Assembly: GCF_003704095.1 (NCBI RefSeq)
Contig: NW_020845755.1
Span: forward strand, 1-64,000
DNA: 64,000 nt
From: Pocillopora damicornis
Taxonomy: Eukaryota
Direction of reading: 5' to 3'
In this document: positions 27,101-39,100 of the stretch, in pieces
How positions within the stretch are numbered: position 1 is the stretch's first letter
Layout: the number at the start of each line of letters is the position of its first letter
The notes under the pieces: model-generated
The model's input: only the letters and a program-made list of their open reading frames with translations
Databases searched by the model: none
What the model was told of the DNA's origin: nothing
Position numbers and translations under genes: made by a program

Positions 27101-30100
27101 CTGATCCCTGTGAACGTTTACATTCCCTCTTCTTCTCCTCAATCAATACTTTGCCATCTCTCTTGTAACTTCAGCCATGATTTCACACCGAAAATCAACT
27201 TGAAGAACACTGGTCCATCTCAGTGGTCCTTGCCTATAAACTGTCTTAAAAGTTCTTGAGACCTCAGAGGAGTCCTTTGAGGTGAGAGGTTCAGCAGACT
27301 TGGATCTGCTTGCAACTTTTCTAAAACTTTTAATGCATACTTATAGACTTTCCTTCCTCTCGGGAGTCTTTCATGGGGAAGGAAAATGAGATCAGCTTGA
27401 TGAACTACATTTGGGGATTACACATGAAAAGTAGGTCTTGGTATATGTTTCAGGGTACGCAAGTCAATCTGCCAGATGGCTTGCTTCATCAGCCAAAGCT
27501 TTCCAACGTCCTCAGACACTCGAGCTTCTTTTGTCAACTTCTTAAACTTAGACAATCCCTTCCATAAACTTTTTGGAGCTATCATTAATTCGTGAAAGTT
27601 TTTTCCATGGACTCCCCAAAATGACTGACATCCAATCCTATGGTCAAAGCACCAGCAACGACGTATTTTCACCTTGCTTTTGCGAGGTACTCGGCCTATA
27701 AGGGTCGGAAAACTGTGCTTCCCTCAGACCGACCTCTTGATTATGCGCCTTGTTGTACAGCTTCAAAGCTTAATCTGTATCCGCAAAATTCTGCATTGCC
27801 TGATCCTTGACTTGGTTATAAACCGCAATCCAATCGAGTAGTTTTGTTTATTCTCTTCATACTTAAAAGTCGCTGGATATTTCTTCTTCTCCTCTTCAAC
27901 ACTATTCTGATCTTCACTTAAATACCTTGCCAGATAGCTTCCGCCAACATCACATAATTCATGAGATTAGAACTCGGATCAGAAGTCATCGATTCCTTGG
28001 TGACTTTCGCAATCCATCCGATTCCAGAAGCCGATCCAGGCAAGGTCGCTGAATGATTAAATGTTTTTACAAGCCTATTATCAGACATTTTTTTGGCAGA
28101 CAAAACAAAATCAATCCACTGGTTTTACTCCAACAGGAATCTGTGGTTGTGTTGGTTGAGGCTGTGGTTTTGGTTTGTTAACGAGAGCCATCACCTCTCT
28201 CCTTTTATAGCAGAGTGCAACCCGTGAAAGAACAATGCTTGCAACTAAAAGTATTTGAGTTAGTGAGAATAATGATAACGTTTCAGCTTTCTTCTCAATG
28301 TGTTGTTCAGAATCAGCGTTATTTTCTCTAACACGTAAGCTATGCTTCTTTGCTTCTCTCACTCTTCACCTTTTGTGCTACTGGTAATTTTTCAGTCTTA
28401 AGTTCTTTTCCATCCATTTTATTTTTCAATGCATAATTTTCAAGTACTTACTCAAGTACTTAGCAAAGTACTCGCTCAATTTCTTATCGAGTCATGATAA
28501 GAACTTAATCAGCTTCTTCAGAAAGACCGGTCCTACTCAAAATCAACATTACTAGCAGTGAGAAGGACGGCACTTGTGATCGCCTTGTATATTCCATACT
28601 TCAGACTCAGTCTTACGGCAATCATTCCAATTTCTCTTGACCACGAAATTCAAATCTATCGGAAGCTTTCTTTCATCAAGGGGGAGGAGACTTGACGATG
28701 CCTTACATGATTGCTCGAGAAAAGTGTTAACGATAGCTTCACAAGTGTTTTTTTAGAGAAAGGTCTCGTACCTTTTGAAGTATTTCAACATCTTTTTCGG
28801 GAAGCCCTTGACTTGATCCTTGGTGAGAGGTATGTCAATCATTTCCTTCGCTTTACCACTTGTGACGAGAATTGTAAGCTGCTCTCGATGATCCGAATCA
28901 CTTGTGGGTTCGGCCTCTGGAATTTTGGAATTCATTTTACCAGAATTATCTCCTTACAATGTCAGTCAAGACTTTTTATTCTATTCTCAAATCCTTTGGT
29001 GCAGTAAGTTAATATCCTCAATTCCCAGTTGAAGGGCTGGAATGTTAATAGATGTAATTTTGCAGCGCTATTTGAGATGCCAAAATTATTGTAAGAGTGT
29101 AAAGAACCATTTGGTTCAAAAGGCTTTGTGTGCACTTAATTTTTAAACTATACCAGAGAACTCTAAAATGTGTGGTGGTTGGTTTGTTTTAACCATTCCC
29201 TGATTAATTCTTCTGGAACTTTTCATTAAGCCATAAGAAATCTGGCTTTGAGACAAATTGTTATGAAATAAATGTTGATCGAGACATTTTTTAAGTGCAT
29301 AATATTGTTATAATATTAAAATTTTCCCATAAATTATAAAGCTGAATTTATAAAGAGTTGCTGTACCTGTCTCGTCATGACATTTAACCAATTAATGGTG
29401 GCGGTAAATTAGTGAGTGCTGCACAAACAATAACCATGTCATCCAGTGTGTCCTTAAGAGTCAGAGGCACCACAGACTGGAAAAGTCGGAATCGTTTCAG
29501 ATGCTGGATGGCACGCTCAACATGAATCCTAGCTTTTGCAATTGCCCAACCTTGAAGAACGTTTACCTTTGTTAATTGTTCCTGACCTTTGGTAAATGGA
29601 GGCATATAAAGTTTTACTTGCTTTGTTAAAAGAAAACCCTGTACATTGAAACCACAGTCAACCATACAAGCTGAGTTGGAAGAGAATTTTGAGATCACAC
29701 CAGAATCAGAAAATATAAATCTATCAGATGACACGCCTCCATAGCCTTTTGACACAAATGAAACAATTCCAGCTGAGAGTGATGGACACTTTATATAAAT
29801 AAAAACATGAACAATGAATGAATTAATACTTGAACATTATTTCTTATCGCATGGTTTTAAGTTATGGTTTAAATACTTTAAAAAATTCTTTAAAAAATTC
29901 ATGTTAAGGCAGACATGGTTTAAATGATCTTACCAAGTATTTGGATGTGTTATGGCTCTTGTAACTAGAGTATATCAGTGCCTGTGCCTCTGCTACAGAG
30001 GGTTTGTGAACATATATTGCTGTACAATCAGTGATTGGAAAAGCCCTAGGAAATGGTTTAAAGGCTTCCGGGTAGAACTTTGTTACATTTCCTGGCTTGG

Positions 30101-33100
30101 CCATTTGATCAAACCTTGAAATTCTCTTGATAAGAAGGGAATCCAAGTTGATGAAATTGTGGACTCATTACTTGCTGAAGTCGTAAATCTGTAGGCTAAG
30201 TCTTCCTCTGACAAATTTGTTTAATTGTTTACTTTCTTTTTCTTCCAGGCTTACATTTACCCAAGTCGTTTTGATACCCTTTAATGCTTGTGACCTTTTT
30301 CTTTTGAAATATTGCAACTTTTGCACTTTGAGTTTTGTCTTTGACACAAGAAACTGAAACACTCCATAATTTAGGAATATGTTTCAACAAGATGTTTAGT
30401 TTTTTGATGTCTTTTAGATCAAAAGCGTGTTCTTTCATTTCCTCAATTGTGGCTTTGTCTGCTTTAGTTGTTACTGTATATCAGACACACTTTTCTGAAG
30501 TACTAGACACAAAGGGCAACGAGGATCAAGTTCCTGTTCGCCTTGAGAACTTTCGTGTCCGTGAATGCCAACTGGCAGAGCAAAAGTATGATCTTCGGTT
30601 GCAGGATTAGTAGAAATGTTTTCAGTGGCCCTTTGCTCTGTCTTTGAAGACTGGCTTTTGTTCTGCTGGATTTTAAAAGTAGTGCTATCGTCCATATGGA
30701 TTTCAAAAGGAGCATCATTGTTAACATTATATTCCACATGTTAGAATTGTTAACATCCCCAGGCGGTGCTGTTTTGTTCGTTGCTTTTTCGGCTTCAATC
30801 ACAGTTTCACCACCACTTCCTATTCTCCCCTTTGCCACATTTTCAGTGACATTCGATTTCTGCTTGAATGCGTTGGAGCTACTTTTCATCTCATCGGTCA
30901 CAGGTCGATTACACTTGTAGCGACCTTTTTGGCCAGAACTCTTCTTTTTCCCTTTCAGGTCAGAAATCCTGAGTTGACTGTGTATCCGTTTAGAAATAGT
31001 ACTGGATTAGGATGATCTTCCGTGGGCCGGCCGTCTTAAAATGGTTCGAACAAATACAAGGACTTTCTTTTGCATCTGTTCGTCCAATAATTTTTTTTTC
31101 CAGATGGGTTTCCTTCTTTTTTCTTGACATTTAAAAACGTGAATTTTATCCACGTGATCCTTTTTTACGCACCTTGAAGACATGAGAATTTATTCAGCAA
31201 CTTATTATGGACTCCAGCACAAACTTGCTGGGCAGTTTAACTGAAAATATAAATAAAAATATGTATAAAAGAATTTCCTTAAATTTTCGTAGCTTCTTGG
31301 GTATCTGCGGTCACTGTCACAACCCCTTACTGAGCAATGATCTCCTCACCCATTTTTTAAGCAAAAACGGTTTACAAGCAAACACTTTTGAGTCAATTGG
31401 GAAGGTTTATTTCGCTCTGTGCCTCACCCAACAATAGAAACGATCGAAAACTCACGGACACTGATGCCCCATGAGTGACTTGGTACTGGCTCGGCCAATC
31501 CCAGCATTCAGTTGGACGCCAGTATTAGCAAAGTCGCATTTTCCTTCTGCTCATCTCTCGTCCACTCATCCACATAATTCTCGAATGTGATCTTCATGTC
31601 TTTTGCTGAGGGTGTATACAAGAGAACTAATGCAGCATACATAAACCAGCATACCGGAAGAGATACAGTTGTGAAACGGCACTACTAGCATTGACGGAAG
31701 ACTGGAAAANNNNNNNNNNNNNNNNNNNNNNNNNNNNNNNNNNNNNNNNNNNNNNNNNNNNNNNNNNNNNNNNNNNNNNNNNNNNNNNNNNNNNNNNNNN
31801 NNNNNNNNNCCCTAATAATATCAAGAACCTGTTTGTTATTAATAACAACAAATATAATTTAAGGAACAATGATTTCATTATCCCTAGAGTTAGTACTACG
31901 CGCTATGGTAAGCACTCTTATAGGTACTTAGGTCCAGTAATCTGGTCTAAGTTAGATGGAAAAATAAGAGCACCAAGAACGCTGCAAGAATTTAAAAACG
32001 CTTTACACAAAGTAGATATACAAAGTTTAATCTCTTCGAATAATTGCAAGAACTGTATTTTATGTAAATCTTAAATATTTTAAATATTATCAAGATCATA
32101 TTATTGTAATTATTATTATCTTATATTATATAATACAGGGTAGGGTATTATAAACATGGGGTCTACTATTTCGGGGTAGGGTAGTTTTATATGGGAAGAG
32201 CTCTTTTATCATATTCCAATAAATTTTTAATGCATAATTTATATAGATTAGATTAGTTTAGTTTAGGTGTCCTTACTTAGTGGGAAACTGCTATCTTATT
32301 TGACACGTAAATAAAGTTTATTATTATTATTATTATTATTAATGCAGCGGTCTTCTCTCTGAATGGTTTTTCGATTCTTGTCGTTTGCTGTGTGATTCCC
32401 CGAACACTGATCCTAATGTGTCTTGCGCTGAATGCTAAATTCACGAGCTCATTCGTCCTCTGCTTCACGTTTCTCAAAGCAGCGCATTCATCGAGAATGA
32501 TCAGTATATTTGTTCCCTCATACGGATAAATATGGATAACTGCTATTCTTAAGACTATCTGGTCTTGAAGTGGAGTCAAGATAAGTAAGTCCTTATCATT
32601 TTCTCCAAAACCATCATTTGTAATGTTTTGAATGAATGTCGGGCAAATCAAGAATATGTGATGAAACTTTCCTCGGAGGGTACTGCTCAAGATATTTACC
32701 AGGTATCTCGTCTTTCCTGAATTTGTTGGTTCTACCATTAATGTATTGAATGGACTATTGTCAGTAGTCATATTTTATAGTGGGCACGAGCAAAAGTTCT
32801 TCTCTTCCCTTATTACCCTCTTATCATCATTTGAACTCAAGGCTATCTTGTTGATGGTCTCAGTGAAGACTTCATGCTTAAGTGATCTTATTGCAATTAT
32901 ATTCCTTATTTGAATCTTTCCTCCGCTGAATAAGCACTCCTAGTAGTATTCATGACTAATAATCTTCGTTACTAGAGCCTTCTTAACCCCTTTACACTTT
33001 CTCTCCACTTTTCCCTCAAGAATCTTGATGCTGTAAAGTTCTGCTCTCAATCCAACGAACTATTCAATGATCCTACCACCAGCTTCATTTTTCATCATGG

Positions 33101-36100
33101 CCACAACCTTCTTGTTGCAGCCAGTTAAGATCCCTGACATGTGATCTTTGTGGTAGTTGCTTGTGTCGAATTTATCTTCAACATCACCGCCTTTATCCTT
33201 GAAGAAGTATTCAGTTTCAATCTCATACACGAGAGTGTCTGTGTCTGTAAAGAGAAGCTTTGCTCGATCTTCATATTTTGGTTTGGTACAGTTATAATAG
33301 AAGTCACACATCAGTGTCTTGCTGATTGTCGAGGACGCTCATTCCACAGTAGACCGGCTTATCAAATACAAGTTTTGTCTCCCTCGAGTGTTGTGTAATG
33401 TTTGAAGTTTGGTTTTGCTGTAAAGTTTTCGTGCCATCGAACGATTGTTGACTAATCTCACATCTTCTCAATTCCTGATGCTTTCCATAATTTTCTGAAG
33501 CGGAATCTTAATAGATAAGGGATCTGACACAATCATCAATGAAACAGTAAATGCCCCAAGGCGATCACTGAAGGGACTTCTTCTCCTCTACAAGCCACAC
33601 ACAATAGGAGCAAGAGACAGTGAGAAGACATTCAATCCCGACATCACTGAGGTAAAGGTGGTTGTGAATGGAATACCGAATAAGGTTTTACAGTCGAGGG
33701 TATATGTGTGAGGGGTCTTTTAGAAGATTTTGGAAAGAAAACAGCGCAATGAATGCAACAGACGTTTATGCTGAAGAGTGATGTGCTCTATTTGTCTTGG
33801 AAGTATGAGGGACAACGATCTTTACGGTTCAGGATTGAGATCGGTGGATACGAAGAAACTGAAGGAGTTCAGCTCTCAATTAACAGGAAGGCATCGGGTT
33901 TAGGGAATGTGAAATGTCACGTCTTTATCTTCGCAGAGGCTCAGCTGCACATCATCAACCAAGAGCTTGAGAGTGTGATCTACTAAATGCTTCTCATTTA
34001 AAATCAAGGCACACCACGATTCCTTCATAAGAAGATACAACATTGATGTAGATCCTGTTGTATGAAACCGTCAGGAAGCATGCAAGAGTGACAGTAGCGT
34101 GTGTCAATTACTTTGAATTTCACAGGACGAACCACTTGCCATAATTACGTAACGTTACGTAATGGTACAAAGATCAACCACGAGTACACATTGCAACTAA
34201 TAAAACGTACAAACACTTACAGGTAAATTAAAACCTTAACGCAATACACACAGAAAACGGTATGACAATAAGTTTCACGATTACAGGCAGTATAAGACAT
34301 GACTGAGACTAGGAATTTCATGATTTCTATTCCTTCCCTCAAAAGATCTTTAACCCATCAAGAAAACTTGCTATTCATTTTGTGTCGTTCGTAACACGCA
34401 AATCCGCTACACTTTTTTGACGGAGACTAGTTAACAGTACAAAGGAAGACGTCTTGTTGTTGTAATTTCTCGTTTCGTCTTTAACGGAGACTTCTTCAGG
34501 GAATGATTACAACTAACAATGGAAAGCATATAAACGCATTCTTGTGCCTAAGTTTATCTTCCCATGGAAGAGAATAATATCTGATATCTGAAACATGCTG
34601 TGAAATGACGTTACAAGAAACTAAGAAGTAAAAGTAGCAACAATGGCAATGTCGTTGTGATAACAGCACTGCAACGAGATAAATAAAGAAACACAAGTTT
34701 TATTGAATTAGATGGAAGTGAATCCAAGTGCTGCGTGAAGGTCGATGCATACGAAATATTCATTTACCCATTGGGCGAAGTGGGTCACATGGCAATGCTG
34801 CACTTAAACTAAAGACGTTTTTGTCTATTAAAATCCCTATTTGAGATTATATTGAATCAGATGACTTCTCGGCGAAAAATCATCGTGCCTCGTGATACAG
34901 CTGATTCTTTCGCCAAAAATCGCTTTTGGTTTGCTAAAGGAATTACTCTACATCAACCAAACTCTAGAGCACTGAGCAAGGGGAACCTTTGCCGCACTAA
35001 GCACGAAGGAATGAAATGTTATGGCAACAGAAACGAACACACTACCCACTCTTAACATAGATTTCGCCATAGAAAACAAAACACAAACGCAAAAAACTAA
35101 ATATTCTGTAACGGGAGTTTTTTGTTCTAGTATTGACCTGAAAACCGCAGGCGAGAAACCGCCTTTGTCAGTCTTTGTCGAAATCTTCTTTGATGCACGC
35201 GGTTCTCCTTTGTAAGGCTGAACCGTACTCGCAACTTCCATTTCTTCTGTGTCACTTGAGTACGATGTATCACATCTCTCGTTAGAGCTTGCTGAAGGTA
35301 AGTATAGATCGCTATCGGTCATAATTTCAAGAGTATTTCAACACTTATTGATACAAAATTACATGAAATGCGAGAGATTTGTAAGTATCAACTGAGAGTT
35401 TTCACAGTTTTCACCCGCTAATTCGTTATAAGTCCACGGGACACTTTTAAGACAAAATAAGGACACTTTAGGGCCCGAAAAACCGTGTTTTGGGCTTTTT
35501 GAATTTTTTCTTCTATCGGAATTGGTTTGTACATGTGATAAGCTAAATATTTACGCAAAAAAAAAACATTCGTGTCATAGGCACTTAAATTCAAATGTTT
35601 TTGCCTGCGGTTGTATTTTGGGAACCATACGATTAGCGCTGATACGATAAGAATTTTGCCGGCTGATAGTAGCTCATGGTGACGCAAAATAAAGAAAGCA
35701 AAAAACGGTAGGTGACATATGAAGTGGGACGGAATCCCAATCTAGGAGCTGTATTAATTGACGTGGAGCTGTATTCATTGACGTGTCATGTCAGTGCCAT
35801 CTGTAAGTCCTCTTCTTGCAATAAACCAGCTCTCAAAGAGCTTTACTCCATGTTGGGGAGCATGATATGTTTGAATTACTTCTTATTACCTATGAAGTGT
35901 AGGCACCTAGCTATATTTCAAGTATGATTTATCAGTGCAGGCCCACTACACAACCTAGATCATCTTCTACAAACCGTCTTCAGGTAGCGAAATGCTAAAC
36001 TGAAACTTATTCGGACATAGCCTTTAGTTTAGCCGCTCCATCCTTATGGAAATCTTTGCCAAGGACCATTAGCGCTTCGAGATTTTTGAATGAATTTAAA

Positions 36101-39100
36101 CGGAACCTGAACTCATAATTTTAGGTTAGCTCTCTGCTAACTTTAACAGTTGTTCAGTTTTCTTAAGTTCTACTCTAGAGATCTATGAAATATGTAATAT
36201 TATAGAACTTAAGTCGGTTAGATATTTTTCTCTTTCATATATATGGTAAAGCGCAATAAGTGCTTTACAGATTGTATATGGGCGTGAGTGTTTTACAGAG
36301 ATCTAAAACACTCTTCACATGTACCTTGACCAACGGGCGTTGTTATGTGAACCTTTTTATAATTTGGGCACCGGCTATTTTGTTTATATAATATCCAGTA
36401 TTTGTATAAAAGCCAGCATTTGAATTTCTACCACATACATTTATTGTCCATGTGATAAAAAGAAAATTACATGTTAGCTCCAAGTTATGTATTTTATGTT
36501 CTCGTGATACGAATTATATCTCACTCGCAAATAAAACTCATATCTTCTCACCATCAAGTAATATCCTCTCTATACTTACGTCCTTGAATCTCTCTGATAG
36601 CTTTCGTTTATCTTTCATGTATTCTGGGTACCCAATGTTGTGTCTGATTGCAGAAGCCTGAGGGTGATAACATGAAGGTTTATTTATGTGTAATGAACAA
36701 CGTATTAATGATTATGTAGTGAATTCGTTTCAGGAAAAGCCCAAAGTGAGTTCTTGCCGAATTGACTAAACGATAGCAAGTTCATTACCACTGGGCAGAC
36801 GATTAAGAAACCATGGTTCACCTAAATCCCTTGGCTTGTTGTTTGTCAAAGATTACTATCCAGAAAATCAAATTTCTTGATTTAAAATGAAGGTTGAGCC
36901 AGGAATCAGACAACTCTAAGACATCATTCAGGTTGGTACAAAGTATCACCTTCAGCATTATGCTTTTTATGAATAGAGGACCCGATTCGAGACCTAACAA
37001 ATGTAAAATATCTTTACCAGCTAGATGTATAATATCAGAAACTGAATTTGAGATGTTCTCTGTAAGCTTAACAGTTCCGCAGCATTTGTCACCATTTTGA
37101 AACTTGATTCTATTTTTGATATTTCATTGTGTTAAATACGGATGTTTCTTATTGCTGTAGAACACTATAATCATTAACATTACGACGACATCGATGAATG
37201 AAAGAAATCTTGAAAGCGACTTTTTACGCAATAGCAGCTCGACTCGATAACAACTCTTACTGCTTTGCAAACCTTAGAGAAGAAACAATTCTCATTAATT
37301 TGGGGATTCCATAAGGGTCGCCATTGAAATGCATCCGGGAATATCTGGGTATATTATAAGAATAGAAAACGAAATTTTAACAACCATTGCCGAGAAAAGA
37401 TACATTAAATAAGAACCTTGAATGTGTTTAAAAGCAATGAGGAATTATATAAAGTCATGTAAATTTCTTAAAAAAAGCACTGGCAGTGGATGGAAGTCTT
37501 TCGTCGCAGCGTTTATAGATGTACCTTTTCTCTGGCATAAGCCCTTGTTTTGTTGTCCATCCAGTCAAGTTTGTCGAGGTTAGCGATGAACGTTTCCCTC
37601 AAATCATCGATCATGGCCATTACCTGAAATAGTTAAATCATTACAAGAAATAGCAAAGATTTATTTACTTGAAAAAGGCAAAGCAAACTTCTTGTTTACT
37701 TGATGGCATTAACTTAAAAATTTCAAAAATTTTGCTGAATATATATCTGATACTAAGTGACGTCGGGCCTATTCAAACAGTAAGTCATAGGCAGATTAAT
37801 TTTGGATGAATCGGAAAGTACTTAGCTTTGAGTGTATAAGGGAACTGGTTGGAGGTATTAACCCCCACTGAAATGTTGTCGTCTTTGTAACACAGAATAA
37901 AAAGGTAAAATCAAGCCGTCCTAAAAAATTGTTCATAGGATTAAATGAGAGCATTTTTTCTGAAATTTTTATACTCGTTCTCTTTAATGAAACCAGCGAT
38001 TTTAACCAGTTCAAAGTATTGAAGTATTGTTCAGAACTTTCAAACTTTTCAACACAAAACTATGAAAATTTCTGGCCGTGAATTCCAGTAAATAACGATT
38101 CAAGAATGTTTAATTTACTACGTACATGCAAGAAATTCGTTCCTTGATCGCTTCTGAGTAGAACATTTACAATTCTTTGAATAAGCTTTGGTCTCGAAAT
38201 ATTCCTTAGTCGTTTTCTCCTTGTCATTTAAACATAGTTTACGGGAGGGACACGATTACCTGGTTAACCCGACACAGTAGTAACAAACTCTTTCTTTACG
38301 AGCACAACTTGTGTCTGCATACTATGTAATAAAATAATTGTTTCAAGCCTTAATGTGCGTATGTCAAGTTATGGATGCACTTGGATAGCTCGAAGAGCAC
38401 TGAAAAAGCTAGAGGTTTTTTCGGCTGCGCCTCAAGCAAGTTTTGCATTTCTCTCGTGCTCTCCAGACTTCCTGCGTGCATATATAACCCGATATACGCA
38501 CGCTAAGTGTGGACTAATTCTTTGATGACTGGTCCGGAGCCGCTATTTTCGACGCACATGTAAATTATAACTAGTAAAAAAGAGACTGTCGAACAAAGCT
38601 CCCAAACTTACAAAGAAATAACAAATAAACGTGTTTAAACTCTCTTCACTGAAACAAGGCCCTCACCGACTCTTTATCTTTTTTTTCAAACTTCTCATCC
38701 AGGAAGATTACTCCCAGAGGATCTCCAATGTCATTGTCAAGGCGACTCATTTCCGTAATACATTTTTTCCAGATGTCTGTCTCGCCCGAGCTTCCCATAA
38801 CCACCCTGTGATAGTTGTAGAAAGCCCTACGGTATTCTTCACTAAGATGGGGAGCCAGCTGAACAACTACCTGCCACATCATGTAATTTGCAAGAACCCT
38901 GATAAAAGAATAGGAGAGAAATCATTGGAACTGTGTCCCAAATAATCGACTGTTTTAAATAAAAACTACGGTCAAACCTGTTTTAAGCGGCACCGTATTT
39001 AGCGGTCACCCTGTATCAAGCGGTCAGTTGCCAAAGCCACGATTTTTTTTGCATTGATCTCCGCAATTTTCACCTCTATTAAGCGGTCGCAATCACTCTT

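Larger units (their letters stand above)
31540..32771 (-). pseudogene. Polinton DNA-packaging ATPase (A32/FtsK-like), split by a LINE insertion
   Basis: Walker A-like VEPTNSGKT, Walker B ILIILDE and ARH..ISV..ITQ at 32771-32341. Frame resumes past the LINE at <=31636 (TAAL|[18 protein letters not shown]). Confidence 0.85.
26283..34127. mobile_element. decayed Polinton/Maverick (adintovirus-like) endogenous element with terminal inverted repeats
   Basis: Inverted repeats 26283-26410 / 34000-34127 enclose remnants of integrase, packaging ATPase, pPolB and a probable major capsid gene. Confidence 0.85.
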
